Shown here: one piece after another, positions 35,027-45,917 of the stretch | Layout of the letters: every line of letters starts with the position of its first letter | Position numbering within the stretch: the stretch's first letter is position 1 | From: Candidatus Poribacteria bacterium | GTDB lineage: Bacteria > Poribacteria > WGA-4E > WGA-3G | NCBI GenBank assembly: GCA_965242965.1 | Contig: OZ251518.1 | Location: 2,592,001 to 2,656,000 of the forward strand | Direction: 5' to 3' | DNA: 64,000 nt | Position numbers and translations under genes: made by a program | Notes under the pieces: model-generated | Databases searched by the model: none | Told to the model about the DNA's origin: nothing | The model's input: the letters and a program-made list of their open reading frames with translations, nothing else

Positions 35027-35659
35027 CTATCTGGAGTAAAGTTCAATGATGAGCTGTGTTTCAAGCGCCATTGCAATCTGCTCCACGACAGGGGCACCCT
35101 GCACGCGGCCTTCCGCCTTATCGGTGTCAATGTCCAGCCATTCGGGTGCGCCGCGCTGCTTCGCGTAATCCAACGCCTCCTGAATGACGGCAAGCTGACG
35201 GCTCCGCTCACGCGGCGTAATCACATCGCCTACCTGCACCGTATAGGAGGGGATATTCACCCGCCTGCCGTTGACCAGGAAGTGGTTGTGCTTCACGAGT
35301 TGACGTGCCTGGTTGCGGGAGGTTGCAAACCCGAGCCGGTAGACAACATTATCCAAGCGGCGTTCCAGAAGGCTAATCAAATTCTCGCCCGTGATACCGG
35401 TTTGACGCGCGGCTTTGAAGTAATAGTTGCGGAACTGCTTTTCGAACACGCCGTAGGTGCGCTTCGCTTTCTGCTTCGCCCGCAATTGCCGCCGAAAATC
35501 ACCCCGAACGCGACTCGGGGGTTTTTGCCCGTGCTCGCCCGGCGGGTAACTGCGACGCTCAAAGGCGCATTTCGGCCCGTTGCAACGGGGCCCCTTCAAA
35601 AAGAGCTTCTCACCCTCCCGCCGACATAATTTACAGACTGAATCTAAATATCTACTCAT
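35027..35659 (-). CDS. rpsD: 30S ribosomal protein S4 (Zn-binding type)
   Basis: CKLCRREGEKLFLKG; LERRLDNVVYRLG. Confidence 0.98.
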   Translation of the reverse strand: MSRYLDSVCKLCRREGEKLFLKGPRCNGPKCAFERRSYPPGEHGQKPPSRVRGDFRRQLRAKQKAKRTYGVFEKQFRNYYFKAARQTGITGENLISLLERRLDNVVYRLGFATSRNQARQLVKHNHFLVNGRRVNIPSYTVQVGDVITPRERSRQLAVIQEALDYAKQRGAPEWLDIDTDKAEGRVQGAPVVEQIAMALETQLIIELYSR

Positions 35660-35733
35660 TGATTCCTCGCTATTAACAAGGTGAGGACAGACGCAAAACG
35701 AAAGCATGATAGCATTTGCGTCCATCCTGAAGG

Positions 35734-36105
35734 TTAAACGCGCCGCCGCTTCGGTGGACGACAGCCGTTGTGCGGGATAGGCGTTACGTCTTTCATCGCG
35801 GTAATCTGCAACCCCGCTTGCGCGAGCGCGCGGATAGAGGACTCACGGCCAGAACCCGGCCCTTTGACTCGCACCTCGACGCGCTTCATACCGTGGTCCA
35901 TCGCGCGGCGCGCACAAGACTCCGCAGTCTGCTGCGCCGCAAACGGCGTAGACTTCCGCGAACCCGTGAACGTCATCCCCGCATTTGCCCAAGCGACGGT
36001 GTTGCCGTTTAAGTCCGTAATCGTGATAATCGTGTTGTTGAAGGTAGCCTGGATATGGGCGATACCCTCAGGCACGTTCTTGCGTTCTCTTCTTCTTCCA
36101 CGCAA
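35734..36105 (-). CDS. rpsK: 30S ribosomal protein S11
   Basis: [35 protein letters not shown]; TTG start after AAGGAG. Confidence 0.97.
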   Translation of the reverse strand: MRGRRRERKNVPEGIAHIQATFNNTIITITDLNGNTVAWANAGMTFTGSRKSTPFAAQQTAESCARRAMDHGMKRVEVRVKGPGSGRESSIRALAQAGLQITAMKDVTPIPHNGCRPPKRRRV

Positions 36106-36280
36106 AACCGTTTCTCCTTTAATACCAAGCGTCCTGTCTTGTAGGTTCGCCAAACGAGCTGACCTGGTTGGAATCATGCGATTCCAAACTACAGAGAGGC
36201 ATTCGGTATAAGATGTGCCGTGTAATCCAAAGGGAGTAGGCAAAATCCGCACCCCCTTTGAACCACACAGCCTCGCAAAA

Positions 36281-36676
36281 TTAGCCGCCCTTGCGTGCCG
36301 CCTCTTTCGCCTTCCTGCCGACGGAAATCGTGCGCGCCTTGCCCTTACGCGTCCGAGCATTCGTATTGGTGCGCTGCCCGCGAACAGGTAACTGCCGGCG
36401 ATGACGCAAGCCACGATAACTGTTCACATCCATCAGCCGCTTAATGTTCTGATCTACCTCGCGGCGCAAGTCACCCTCGACTTTGTATTCTTGGGTAATC
36501 TTCGTCCGAATCTGGTTCACCTCGTTCTCCGCGAGGCTATCCACTTTCGTCGCCGGATCGATCTCTAAATCGTTGACAATCTGCGATGCGGTATAACGGC
36601 CGATGCCGTAAATCGCCGTGAGTGCGATATCCACCCGTTTGTTCCGAGGCAGATCCACTCCTGCAATCCTTGCCAT
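36281..36676 (-). CDS. rpsM: 30S ribosomal protein S13
   Basis: [10 protein letters not shown]; [17 protein letters not shown]. Confidence 0.98.
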   Translation of the reverse strand: MARIAGVDLPRNKRVDIALTAIYGIGRYTASQIVNDLEIDPATKVDSLAENEVNQIRTKITQEYKVEGDLRREVDQNIKRLMDVNSYRGLRHRRQLPVRGQRTNTNARTRKGKARTISVGRKAKEAARKGG

Positions 36677-36700
36677 GGTTTTCCTCCTCGTGCTGCGGGA

Positions 36701-36817
36701 TTATCCCTGCCGCTGTTTGTGCTTCGGGTTAGCCGGACAAATCACGCGGATAACCCCTTTGCGCTTAATGACCTTACACCGGTTACACATTTTCTTAACA
36801 GAAGGTCTGACTTTCAT
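36701..36817 (-). CDS. rpmJ: 50S ribosomal protein L36 (not in the ORF track)
   Basis: Translated by hand: [38 protein letters not shown]. Confidence 0.97.
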   Translation of the reverse strand: MKVRPSVKKMCNRCKVIKRKGVIRVICPANPKHKQRQG

Positions 36818-36888
36818 GTCTCTTCTCCATTACGTCGGTATCAAGACTAGGAGTGTTTTCCTACCCGCGAAAAGGGCATCGTCCTGAT

Positions 36889-38220
36889 TTATCGCCGCCG
36901 GCTTCGGAGTTTCCGATCCTTGAGGAATCCTTCATAGTGGCGCGTCGTCAGATAGGATTCGATCTGCGACATCGTATCCAACACCACACCGACAACAATC
37001 AAAACGGAGGCACCCTCCACCATGTTGCCGATACCCAAACGGCTCGTGATGATAATCGGAATCACGGCGATGGCCGCGAGAAATATCGCGCCCGGAAGCG
37101 TGATGCGCGTCAACGTCGTGTTGATGTAATCCGCCGTCTGCCTGCCGGGGCGAATGCCGGGGATAAAACCCCCATATTTCTGCAAATCCTCCGCCATCTG
37201 AACGGGGTTGATTTGCACCGCCGTGTAGAAATAGGTGAACCCGACAATCAGCACCGCGTAAACAATCAAATATAACGGCGAGCCGGGACTAAACAGCGCG
37301 CTCGCGCCGAGAACCCATCCCCAGTCACGCGGCAAAAAGTTGAGGACGGTTGTCGGGAATTGAATAAGCGTCACAGCGAAAATAATCGGAATCATGCCAG
37401 CTGCGTTGACACGAAGTGGGAGATGCGTCGTCTGTCCACCAAACACTCTTCTGCCGCGAATCTGCCGTCCATATTGCACGGGAATCTTTCGGACAGAAAG
37501 CGTGATAAAGACGGTGCCCATCACTGCGACGATGACAAGCGCGGTCAGAAGCACGAGCTGTGGAATCCCGAAACTCGGATTTGAGAACAGATTGTTGAAG
37601 ACTGTTGTGATGCCGCCCGGCAATCCGGCGATGATACCGACGGTGATAATCAGCGAAATGCCGTTGCCGATGCCGCGCTCCGTAATCTGTTCGCCGAGCC
37701 ACATCACAAAGGCTGTGCCGGCTGTCAAAGTCAGGACTACCAAACAGTGCCACCAGAGGTCTGGGTTCCTTACCACCTGTTCTGCCTGTCCAGTGATTTG
37801 CCCCGGATTTCGCAAGACGATGCTAATCGTTATCCCCTGAATGACACTGAGGATGACTGTTCCGTAGCGGGTGTATTGCGTAATCTTCTTCCTGCCATCG
37901 GGTTCCTTAGAGAGTTTCTCCAAGGATGGCACAATGACAGCAAGGAGCTGCATGATGATTGAGGCACTGATATACGGCTGGATGCCGAGTGCGAAAATCG
38001 TCATCTGGCTGAAGGCACCACCGGAGAACAGATCGATGAAGCCGATGACGTTGCCGCCGCGTTCCATGAGTTGTCGGAAAAATGCCTCCAACGCCTGGTC
38101 ATCGATGCCGGGGAGCGTTATGTGGGCCCCGAGGCGATACACAATCAAGAACAACGCTGTAAAGATGAGGCGCTGCCGCAATTCTGGGATTTTGATAGCG
38201 TTTTGAAATGCCTTAATCAC
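36889..38220 (-). CDS. secY: Preprotein translocase subunit SecY
   Basis: IFALGIQPYISASII; WLGEQITERGIGNGISL; GGFIPGIRPG. Confidence 0.98.
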   Translation of the reverse strand: MIKAFQNAIKIPELRQRLIFTALFLIVYRLGAHITLPGIDDQALEAFFRQLMERGGNVIGFIDLFSGGAFSQMTIFALGIQPYISASIIMQLLAVIVPSLEKLSKEPDGRKKITQYTRYGTVILSVIQGITISIVLRNPGQITGQAEQVVRNPDLWWHCLVVLTLTAGTAFVMWLGEQITERGIGNGISLIITVGIIAGLPGGITTVFNNLFSNPSFGIPQLVLLTALVIVAVMGTVFITLSVRKIPVQYGRQIRGRRVFGGQTTHLPLRVNAAGMIPIIFAVTLIQFPTTVLNFLPRDWGWVLGASALFSPGSPLYLIVYAVLIVGFTYFYTAVQINPVQMAEDLQKYGGFIPGIRPGRQTADYINTTLTRITLPGAIFLAAIAVIPIIITSRLGIGNMVEGASVLIVVGVVLDTMSQIESYLTTRHYEGFLKDRKLRSRRR

Positions 38221-38667
38221 TTAAATCACCTCAGCCGTGCCGCCTTGTGACTCGATCTTCTCAATAGCCGTTTTTGAGAAGCGATGGGCTTGGACGTTCA
38301 GCCGTTTTTCGAGCACACCATCTCCCAGTATCTTTATCAGCGCGTTTTTCCGTTTGACGATGCCCTTCTGCCGCAGCGTGGCAGGATTCACAACGTCCTC
38401 CGCCTCAAACCGATTGAGGGTTTCAACGTTGACGACATCGTATGCCAATCGTTTGTGAGCGGTTCTTTGCGGCCCGCGCTTGGGGAGCCGCCGGACGAGC
38501 GGCATCTGTCCCCCTTCAAACCATGCGGGGATAGAACCACCGGAACGGGATTTTTGTCCTTTATGCCCGCGGCCGCAGGTGCCGCCCCAGCCGGAGGCAT
38601 TGCCTCTGCCGACTCGTTTTCGGGCGCGCGTCGCTCCGGGCGCGGGCTTGAGTTCATTCAATTTCAT
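38221..38667 (-). CDS. rplO: 50S ribosomal protein L15
   Basis: RVGRG..SG.G.TCGRGHKGQKSR; FEGGQMPL. Confidence 0.98.
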   Translation of the reverse strand: MKLNELKPAPGATRARKRVGRGNASGWGGTCGRGHKGQKSRSGGSIPAWFEGGQMPLVRRLPKRGPQRTAHKRLAYDVVNVETLNRFEAEDVVNPATLRQKGIVKRKNALIKILGDGVLEKRLNVQAHRFSKTAIEKIESQGGTAEVI

Positions 38668-38802
38668 CAGGATTCACTCCATAGACGCAAAACGCCTGTG
38701 TCTGAACAAATTACGGTTAAAGGGCTTCTGAATCTGTGCGTGAATCGCCCCGCGCGGACGGGGCATCACGTAACCGCCGAAAAATCGCCGCGTAGAGACA
38801 GG

Positions 38803-39315
38803 CTACTTTCTGTGCAGCAGTTCCTCCACAGTCTTGTCCCGTAGCCGTGCCACTTCGTTCACATCTTTGAGGCTTTTCAACCCCAGCATCGTGGCTTCGG
38901 CGATGTTTTTCACGTTCCGCGAGGAAAGGCACTTCGTCAGCGCGTCTCGGACACCTGCAAATTCCAGGATAGCGCGCGTAGCGTGCCCGGCGATAATGCC
39001 GGTGCCGGGGCTAGCCGGCTTCAGCAAAACTTTGGCGGATTTGAATTCGCTGATGATTTCGTGAGGGATAGTGCCGCCGACAAGCGGCACCCGAATCAGG
39101 TTCTTCCGGGCATCGGCGAGGCTTTTCTGGATAGCACCTGCCACCTCACTCGCGCTGCCAAACCCGATACCGACGATGCCCTCGCGATTTCCGACGACCG
39201 AAAGCGTGTTAAAACTCGGTGTCCGTCGCCCTTTGCCCACCCGCATGACGCGGTTGATTGCGATGGCGCGCTCCTCAAATTCAAATTCATCAGGGTTAAT
39301 TTTATCTCTCAGCAA
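38803..39315 (-). CDS. rpsE: 30S ribosomal protein S5
   Basis: INRV...VVGN.EG; KPASPGTGIIAG; operon position. Confidence 0.96.
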   Translation of the reverse strand: MLRDKINPDEFEFEERAIAINRVMRVGKGRRTPSFNTLSVVGNREGIVGIGFGSASEVAGAIQKSLADARKNLIRVPLVGGTIPHEIISEFKSAKVLLKPASPGTGIIAGHATRAILEFAGVRDALTKCLSSRNVKNIAEATMLGLKSLKDVNEVARLRDKTVEELLHRK

Positions 39316-39357
39316 AAAATTCTCCTTGCCAATGCGCGTTGCGCACCTGCGGGGCGG

Positions 39358-39726
39358 CTAGAACGTGAGGCCCCCCGCTCTGGCGGCTTCGGCGAGTGCC
39401 TTCACACGTCCATGGTAGAGATGGCCGCCCCGGTCAAAGACAACTACGTCAATATCGCGCTGCTTGGCTTTCTCCGCGATGAGCGCGCCTACCTGCTGTG
39501 CCGCCGCCACATCGCCACCGGTGGAGAGTGTCTCCTTCAACTCCGGTGATAAACTGGATGCCGCGACCAGCGTCTCGCCAAGCTCGTCGTTAATAATCTG
39601 CGCATAGATATGTTTCAGGCTCCGAAACACCGATAGCCTCGGACGTTGGCTGCTGCCGCTGACCTTCCGGCGGATGCGTCTCCGGCGCCTGGCATGACTG
39701 ACGCGCTTCTTTTTCGTTGATTCCAT
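39358..39726 (-). CDS. rplR: 50S ribosomal protein L18
   Basis: [18 protein letters not shown]; [12 protein letters not shown]. Confidence 0.97.
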   Translation of the reverse strand: MESTKKKRVSHARRRRRIRRKVSGSSQRPRLSVFRSLKHIYAQIINDELGETLVAASSLSPELKETLSTGGDVAAAQQVGALIAEKAKQRDIDVVVFDRGGHLYHGRVKALAEAARAGGLTF

Positions 39727-39727
39727 A

Positions 39728-40294
39728 TTACGTCGCAGCCTTCCCTTCTTTATCCCGCACGCGTTCGCCATCGTAGCGAATGCCCTTACACGGTTTGTAG
39801 ATTTCAGGCTTCTTAATCTGGCGGATAGAAGCCGCCACCTGTCCGACGAGCTGCTTATCAATGCCACTCACCAGAATCGGCGTGTGCGTCTGTCCATCTA
39901 CCGTTTCCGTCGCCTCAACACTGAGCGTTATCCCCGGCGGGGGTGCATAAGATACGGAATGCGAATACCCGACATCAAGCACCAAAACTTTCTGCCGGTT
40001 GACTTCAGCACGGTAACCCATGCCAACCACCCGGAGCTTCTTCTCAAAGCCCTCGGAAACCCCTGTCACCATATTGGCGATGAGGCTTCGGGCCAATCCG
40101 TGCAGTGCCCTGTGTTGTTTCTGATCACTCGTCCTTTGGACGGTTATGACGTTTTCGTCAAGCGTCACATCGATTCCGAGCGGCAGATGCCAATCAAGAC
40201 TTCCCCTCGGTCCTTCAACGTGCACGTCGTTTTTGTTCAAAACCACCTGCACCTTATCCGGAATCGGAATCGGTTTTTGTCCAATGCGTGACAT
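39728..40294 (-). CDS. rplF: 50S ribosomal protein L6
   Basis: MSRIGQKPI; [12 protein letters not shown]; KGIRY. Confidence 0.97.
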   Translation of the reverse strand: MSRIGQKPIPIPDKVQVVLNKNDVHVEGPRGSLDWHLPLGIDVTLDENVITVQRTSDQKQHRALHGLARSLIANMVTGVSEGFEKKLRVVGMGYRAEVNRQKVLVLDVGYSHSVSYAPPPGITLSVEATETVDGQTHTPILVSGIDKQLVGQVAASIRQIKKPEIYKPCKGIRYDGERVRDKEGKAAT

Positions 40295-40363
40295 GCGTTT
40301 TCTCCCCATTCAATCAGTTGCCGGATGCCGCATTCGCGCGCGGCATTCGGCACGCGACTCGTC

Positions 40364-40765
40364 CTACCAGACATAACAGAGGACTTCACCGCCGATTTTG
40401 GCACTTCGGCACTGCGGCGATGTTTTCAACCCCTGTGACGTTGATAGGATAGCCACGCCGAGGTCACCGTAAACCCGCGGCAAGTTATCGGACTTGACGT
40501 AGACACGCCGGCCCGGTTTGCTAATCCGCTTGAGGTTCGTGATAACCTTCTCTTTCTTCGTGTTACCGTATTTCAAGTAGATTCTTAAAATCCCCTGTTT
40601 CCCGTCATCAATTGAACGGTAATCGTTGACGAACCCTTCTTCAGACAAGAGACGTGCGATTTCCGTCTTGACTTTGGAGGCAGGGATTTCAACGCGTTCA
40701 TGCCCAGCCATGTTGGCATTGCGGATACGAGTTAACATATCTGCAATCGGATCGGTCATCGACAT
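40364..40765 (-). CDS. rpsH: 30S ribosomal protein S8
   Basis: [17 protein letters not shown]; [10 protein letters not shown]; GGEVLCYVW. Confidence 0.98.
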   Translation of the reverse strand: MSMTDPIADMLTRIRNANMAGHERVEIPASKVKTEIARLLSEEGFVNDYRSIDDGKQGILRIYLKYGNTKKEKVITNLKRISKPGRRVYVKSDNLPRVYGDLGVAILSTSQGLKTSPQCRSAKIGGEVLCYVW

Positions 40766-40849
40766 GAAAGATTCTCCTTCTTTCGTTGATACAAACGCAG
40801 TTTCCGATGCGTATTTCCACATCGGCATCGGCTGCGCTGTCGCGCGTTT

Positions 40850-41035
40850 CTACCAGCTCGCCTTTCGGACACCGGGGATTTTGCCGGCGCGGGCGTTCAG
40901 GCGGAAACAGATGCGACACATTTCAAACTTCCGCAGGTAACCGCGGGCTCTGCCGCAACTTTTGCAGCGGCTGTAGGCGCGCGTGCTAAACCGCGGCGTT
41001 CTCTGCTGTCTGGCAATCCAAGATTTGCTTGCCAA
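40850..41035 (-). CDS. rpsN: 30S ribosomal protein S14, short Zn-binding type Z
   Basis: RCKSCGR...MCRICFR; IPGVRKASW. Confidence 0.96.
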   Translation of the reverse strand: MASKSWIARQQRTPRFSTRAYSRCKSCGRARGYLRKFEMCRICFRLNARAGKIPGVRKASW

Positions 41036-41054
41036 TTCGGATTCTCCTTTTCAG

Positions 41055-41594
41055 TTAGCGTCGGAACGGCATGCCTAGCAAACGCAGCAACTCGCGCCCC
41101 TCTTCATCGGTGCGGGCGGTGGTAACGACGGTTACATTCAAGCCGCGGATATCGCTCACCCTGTCATAGTCAATTTCCGGAAAGATGAGTTGTTCCGTGA
41201 GGCCTAGGGAGTAGTTCCCCCGGCCATCAAAAGCGTCCGGCGAGACACCGCGGAAGTCACGAATCTGCGGCAGCACGACGTTCACCAACCGGTTGAAAAA
41301 CTCATACATCCGCTGCTGTCTTAAGGTGACTTTGCATCCGATTGCCATGCCTGTTCTGACTTTAAAGGCAGAGACAGACTTCTTGGCATGCGTGATAATG
41401 GCGCGCTGTCCGGCAATCAGCGTCAATTCCTCGATGGCATCTTCCAATGCCTTCGGGTTCTGAATTGCCTCGCCGACACCGATGTTCAGCGCGATTTTGT
41501 CCAATTTCGGAATCTGCATCACGTTTTGGTAGTCAAAGTGCTTCTGCAATGCAGGGACAACTTCCGTCTGATAAAATGCTTTAAATGGGCTCAT
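41055..41594 (-). CDS. rplE: 50S ribosomal protein L5
   Basis: IPKLDKI; IRDFRG; [10 protein letters not shown]. Confidence 0.98.
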   Translation of the reverse strand: MSPFKAFYQTEVVPALQKHFDYQNVMQIPKLDKIALNIGVGEAIQNPKALEDAIEELTLIAGQRAIITHAKKSVSAFKVRTGMAIGCKVTLRQQRMYEFFNRLVNVVLPQIRDFRGVSPDAFDGRGNYSLGLTEQLIFPEIDYDRVSDIRGLNVTVVTTARTDEEGRELLRLLGMPFRR

Positions 41595-41694
41595 CAGCCT
41601 TTATCCTCTACGTTTCGCCTCTACGTTTCGACTGTCGGGTTGAAGTGGCGTATCTCCGCCGAGATGCGCCCACCGCTGGGTTCACCGCGATGCC

Positions 41695-41928
41695 CTAGTT
41701 TTCAACCTTCTTGAGGTTAGAAACATGAATGGTGCCTTCGCGTTCCACAACGCCGCCTTGCCCCATTTGACTGGGACGGAGATGGCGTTTAATCATGTGG
41801 ATGCCCTCAACGATGGCCCGGTTTTTCTCTGGAAACACTTCCAAAACTACGCCGCGTTCGCCTCTATTTTTTCCGCTGAGGACGAGCACCATATCATCTT
41901 TCTTGATATGCAGCTTTCTCTGTGCCAC
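41695..41928 (-). CDS. rplX: 50S ribosomal protein L24 (short, 77 aa)
   Basis: HIKKDDMVLVLSGKNRG (KOW); IHVSNL. Confidence 0.95.
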   Translation of the reverse strand: MAQRKLHIKKDDMVLVLSGKNRGERGVVLEVFPEKNRAIVEGIHMIKRHLRPSQMGQGGVVEREGTIHVSNLKKVEN

Positions 41929-41938
41929 AATTGTCCTC

Positions 41939-42307
41939 CTAAATCACTTCGGGCGCGAGCGAGACGATTCGGGTGAACGCTTTCTCTCTCAGCTCGCGCG
42001 CGACGGGCCCGAAGATACGAGTGCCGCGCGGCTGATTCTGCGGGTCGATGAGCACCGCCGCGTTCTGATCGAATTTGATATAGGAACCGTCTGCACGTCG
42101 ATATTCTTTGGCGGTGCGCACCACAACAGCACGGACGACTTCGCCCGCCTTCACCTGCGTATTCGGTGTTGCTTCCTTGATGCTCGCCACGATAACGTCA
42201 CCGACACGGGCATAACGCCGACGCGTGCCGCCGAGCACGCTAATGCACATCAGCTTCCGCGCACCGGTGTTATCCGCGCAGGTTAATCGAGTGTATGATT
42301 GAACCAT
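41939..42307 (-). CDS. rplN: 50S ribosomal protein L14
   Basis: ADNTGAR; [13 protein letters not shown]; SLAPEVI. Confidence 0.98.
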   Translation of the reverse strand: MVQSYTRLTCADNTGARKLMCISVLGGTRRRYARVGDVIVASIKEATPNTQVKAGEVVRAVVVRTAKEYRRADGSYIKFDQNAAVLIDPQNQPRGTRIFGPVARELREKAFTRIVSLAPEVI

Positions 42308-42367
42308 CTCCGTATTTTTTCGTCATGACACTTCACAAGTGACACAACGAAAACCCTTTCTTCGCAA

Positions 42368-42646
42368 TTAGTCGTTTGCGGGTTGCACGGCACTGACTAC
42401 CGCCTGAACCCGCCACCGTTTCTGCCGACTCAGCGGGCGCGTTTCAATAACCTGCACCACATCACCGACGTTACACCTATTCCGCTCATCGTGAGCCAGA
42501 ATCTTCTTCGTCTTCCGGACCACCTTTTTGTAAAGGGGGTGTTGATAACGCCGGACTAGAGCCACTGCAACCGTCTTATCCATCTTATTGCTGGTGACAC
42601 GGCCCGTGCGCATCTTGCGATGTCTACGCCTTTCCTCGTTCAACAC
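42368..42646 (-). CDS. rpsQ: 30S ribosomal protein S17
   Basis: [12 protein letters not shown]; [11 protein letters not shown]. Confidence 0.97.
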   Translation of the reverse strand: MLNEERRRHRKMRTGRVTSNKMDKTVAVALVRRYQHPLYKKVVRKTKKILAHDERNRCNVGDVVQVIETRPLSRQKRWRVQAVVSAVQPAND

Positions 42647-42855
42647 TATTCTCCCTGCCCTTCAAGGCCCGATGCACGCGCACGCAGAACTGTCTGCACC
42701 CGCGCAATATCCTTCCGGATCTTACCGACGCGCGTCGTGTCCTCAAGCTGTCCTAAGATGCTGCGGAATCGCTGGTTAAACAGATTCTCCTTCAGAGACT
42801 GCAGTTCCGACTGCAATTCCTCTGTCGTCTTGTTTCGTAGTTCAGCCGCTTTCAT
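42646..42855 (-). CDS. rpmC: 50S ribosomal protein L29
   Basis: MKAAELR...LFNQRF...RKDIARVQT. Confidence 0.96.
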   Translation of the reverse strand: MKAAELRNKTTEELQSELQSLKENLFNQRFRSILGQLEDTTRVGKIRKDIARVQTVLRARASGLEGQGE

Positions 42856-42910
42856 CTCTCCCTCCAAACCGAACAAGCCACGCGGCCCGTTCAGGAGACG
42901 CAAACCGCGT

Positions 42911-43324
42911 CTATGCGTTGCGTGCAACGAATTTGGTCTTGATTGGCAATTTGTGGGCGGCACGTTCCATCGCCCCTTTTGCATCCTCAAGCGAAACGCC
43001 GCTTAACTCATACAGGATTCTGCCCGGTTTGACGACAGCAACCCAATATTCCGGTGGGCCCTTCTTACCGCTGCCCATGCGCGTTTCAGCAGGTTTCTTG
43101 CTGACCGGCTTGTGTGGGAAAATTTTAATCCAAACTTTACCACCACGCCGAACATAACGGGTAATCGCAATCCGTGCAGACTCGATCTGGTTACTCGTTA
43201 TCCAGCCAGCTTCCATCGCTTGCAAGCCGTACTCGCCGAAGCTAATGCTTGAACCCCGCAGGGGTTTGCCACGGCGCTTGCCGCGATGCACATTTCTGTG
43301 CATCACGCGTTTCGGCATTAACAT
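42911..43324 (-). CDS. rplP: 50S ribosomal protein L16
   Basis: MLMPKR; QIESARIAI; KLPIKTKF. Confidence 0.98.
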   Translation of the reverse strand: MLMPKRVMHRNVHRGKRRGKPLRGSSISFGEYGLQAMEAGWITSNQIESARIAITRYVRRGGKVWIKIFPHKPVSKKPAETRMGSGKKGPPEYWVAVVKPGRILYELSGVSLEDAKGAMERAAHKLPIKTKFVARNA

Positions 43325-43358
43325 GTTGAATCACTCCTTATCGCTCACAACTGGACGC

Positions 43359-44219
43359 TTAACTACGCCCGCCTCTGCCCTGGCCCTGTCCTTGTCCAGA
43401 TCCTGGCCCTTGCCCAGACCTCCGACCGCGGCGTGAACGTCTGCGTCCACCTCCGCCTCCGCCTCTCTGTCCACCACGTTCGCCTTGCTGTCGGGAACGC
43501 GACTCCTGAGAGGGACGCTGTGGGCGGCGAGCACCGGTGTCCTCACGTCTGCCTGCGCGACGCGTCGGAATTTCGCCTTTTAACTTGTCCGGCACCCCGA
43601 TAATCTCGCCTTTGAAAATCCAGGTTTTGACCCCGAGTTTGCCGTAAGTGGTGTTCGCCTCGGCGAAGCCGTAGTCCACATTCGCACGGAGGGTGTGCAA
43701 TGGCACGCGTCCCTCAATGCTTGATTCAGACCGGGCGATTTCGTTGCCATCCAATCGCCCACTCACCATAATTTTAACGCCCAAGGCCCCTTCTTGCATC
43801 GAAACCTGAATGTTCCGGCGCATTACCTGTTTGAACCGGGCGCGGCGTTCCAATTGTGTCGCCACTGCTTCGGAGACGAGTTGGGCATCCAAATCCGGCT
43901 GTTTAATCTCCGAGACGTTAATCCGGATCTGTCGCCCGATGTGTTTCTCCAGCAGTGCCTGTAGTTTTTCAGCCTCAACCCCACGGCGGCCAATGACAAT
44001 GCCGGGGCGGGCTGTATGGATGTTGATGCTACAGCGGTCTGCGACGCGTTCGACTTCGACACGTGAAATGCCGGCGCGCGCCAATTCCTTTTTGACGAAC
44101 TCCTGAATCTGAAAGTCTTCATGGAGCCATCGCGCGTAGTCGCGTTCGCTATACCACTTTGAATCCCACGTCTCAATGATTCCTAAGCGTAATCCACGCG
44201 GGTGAGTTTTTTGTCCCAC
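43359..44219 (-). CDS. rpsC: 30S ribosomal protein S3 with Gly/Arg/Gln-rich C-terminal extension
   Basis: MGQKTHP.GLRLG; RPGIVIGRRG; GRVPLHTLRA. Confidence 0.98.
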   Translation of the reverse strand: MGQKTHPRGLRLGIIETWDSKWYSERDYARWLHEDFQIQEFVKKELARAGISRVEVERVADRCSINIHTARPGIVIGRRGVEAEKLQALLEKHIGRQIRINVSEIKQPDLDAQLVSEAVATQLERRARFKQVMRRNIQVSMQEGALGVKIMVSGRLDGNEIARSESSIEGRVPLHTLRANVDYGFAEANTTYGKLGVKTWIFKGEIIGVPDKLKGEIPTRRAGRREDTGARRPQRPSQESRSRQQGERGGQRGGGGGGRRRSRRGRRSGQGPGSGQGQGQGRGGRS

Positions 44220-44306
44220 GCAAACCTCCTGTCAGACTGCGTCCCGTTTGCGGATGTGGAGGCCGGGGAGTCTAGGCTCAGCCGCTCTTGATGGCTGCGC
44301 ACCCTG

Positions 44307-44660
44307 TTACTCGCCATCATCCTCACTCTCCTCATCCACAACGACGGTGATATGGCTGTGCCGTTTCAAAATCCGGTTCGCCATCCCCCGTGCCCGGGGC
44401 CGTATCCATTTCCGCGTCATCCCTTCATCAACGCGAATCTCCTTGACGTACAAATCGGATATATCCACGCTCGGGTCTTTATACTGCGCATTCGCAGAAG
44501 CCGATTGAATCAGCTGGTAAATCACAGGCGACGCGGCTTTGTGCGTAAACCGCAATTGGCTTAACGCATCCTCAACGTATTGATTGCGGACAAGATCGGC
44601 AACGAGGCGGGCTTTCCGCGGTGCCACCGCCGCATTCCGAATCCTGGCTCTGGCTTCCAT
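44307..44660 (-). CDS. rplV: 50S ribosomal protein L22
   Basis: APRKARLVADLVR; PRARG; SHITVVV. Confidence 0.98.
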   Translation of the reverse strand: MEARARIRNAAVAPRKARLVADLVRNQYVEDALSQLRFTHKAASPVIYQLIQSASANAQYKDPSVDISDLYVKEIRVDEGMTRKWIRPRARGMANRILKRHSHITVVVDEESEDDGE

Positions 44661-44737
44661 CAGTTATTCTCCTAACAAAAGCGATTGTTGCTACAGACTC
44701 AGCATCCGAACGGAAACTGAGCATCAGCGAATGTTAC

Positions 44738-45007
44738 TTACCTTCGTGCACCACCCGCGTGAGAACGGAAGGTCCGCGTCGGCGCAAACTCGCCGAGTTT
44801 ATGCCCTACCATGTTCTCCGTGATATACACCGGAAAAAACTTCTTCCCGTTGTAAATCGCAAGTGTATGCCCTATCAACTCCGGCGTTACCGTGGAACGG
44901 CGCGACCAGGTGCGAATCACACGCTTCGTGCCAGACCGCTCCATAGCCGCGATTTTCTTCGCCAACTTGCCATCGATGTAGGGGCCCTTCTTGATAGAAC
45001 GCGGCAT
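44738..45007 (-). CDS. rpsS: 30S ribosomal protein S19
   Basis: MPRSIKKGP; TWSRRS; [13 protein letters not shown]. Confidence 0.98.
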   Translation of the reverse strand: MPRSIKKGPYIDGKLAKKIAAMERSGTKRVIRTWSRRSTVTPELIGHTLAIYNGKKFFPVYITENMVGHKLGEFAPTRTFRSHAGGARR

Positions 45008-45019
45008 AGCATTCCTCCT

Positions 45020-45838
45020 CTACTTCTTCCGCTTTCCAACGATATAGCGGCTCGATTTTTTCTTCGGGTTTCGCGTCTTATACCCTTTCGTCGGAACACC
45101 CCACGGCGTAACCGGATGCCGGCCGCCGGAGCTCTTCCCTTCACCACCACCATGCGGATGGTCGATCGGGTTCATCGCGACACCTCTCACCTTCGGACGT
45201 TTGCCCAACCATCGCGAACGTCCCGCCTTACCGATGACAATCTTGCTGACATTGCCAACCTGACCCAATGTGGCCATCGCTTGCACTAAAATCAGCCGAA
45301 TCTCACCCGACGGTAAGCGGATACGGGCATATTTCCCTTCGCGATCGACGAGCTGCGCAGCAGCACCGGCACTGCGGACTAACTGCCCACCTTTACCCGG
45401 GCGCATCTCAATGTTATGGATCGATGAACCCAGCGGAATCTTTTCAAGCGGCAAGGCATTTCCTACCCGGATTTCCGCATCCGGACCGGAATTCAACACG
45501 TCGCCTACCTGAATGCCGACCGGGGCGATAATATAACGCTTCTCGCCATCAACATAGTGGAGCAGCGCAATATGCGCAGACCGGTTCGGATCATACTCAA
45601 TCGCGGCGACTTTGGCTGGCACGCCAAATTTGTCTCGCTTGAAATCGATAACCCGATACCGTCGTTTGTGTCCTCCGCCGCGCCGTCTTACCGTCATGCG
45701 GCCACTCGCGTTGCGTCCAGCGGTTTTCTTGCTGCCTTTGACGAGAGATTTTTCCGGTTTGCTCCGCGTAATCTCCTCAAAGGTATAGCCTGTCATAAAT
45801 CGGCGGCTCGGTGTCACCGGTGAATATGTCTTAGGCAC
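45020..45838 (-). CDS. rplB: 50S ribosomal protein L2
   Basis: GGGHKRRYR; EYDPNRSA; [17 protein letters not shown]; GTG start after GAGG. Confidence 0.98.
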   Translation of the reverse strand: MPKTYSPVTPSRRFMTGYTFEEITRSKPEKSLVKGSKKTAGRNASGRMTVRRRGGGHKRRYRVIDFKRDKFGVPAKVAAIEYDPNRSAHIALLHYVDGEKRYIIAPVGIQVGDVLNSGPDAEIRVGNALPLEKIPLGSSIHNIEMRPGKGGQLVRSAGAAAQLVDREGKYARIRLPSGEIRLILVQAMATLGQVGNVSKIVIGKAGRSRWLGKRPKVRGVAMNPIDHPHGGGEGKSSGGRHPVTPWGVPTKGYKTRNPKKKSSRYIVGKRKK

Positions 45839-45917
45839 TCTCAATTCCTCCTCAGTTCGGTAGATGCGGTTGTCAACCGCGCATACGCGCCTACCAAACA
45901 AGTCCTAATCTTGTCAC

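Noticed and set aside
41595-41697. Stop-codon read-through restoring a full-length L24
   Set aside because: The downstream frame does not resemble the usual L24 C-terminus, and short L24 variants exist in other bacteria
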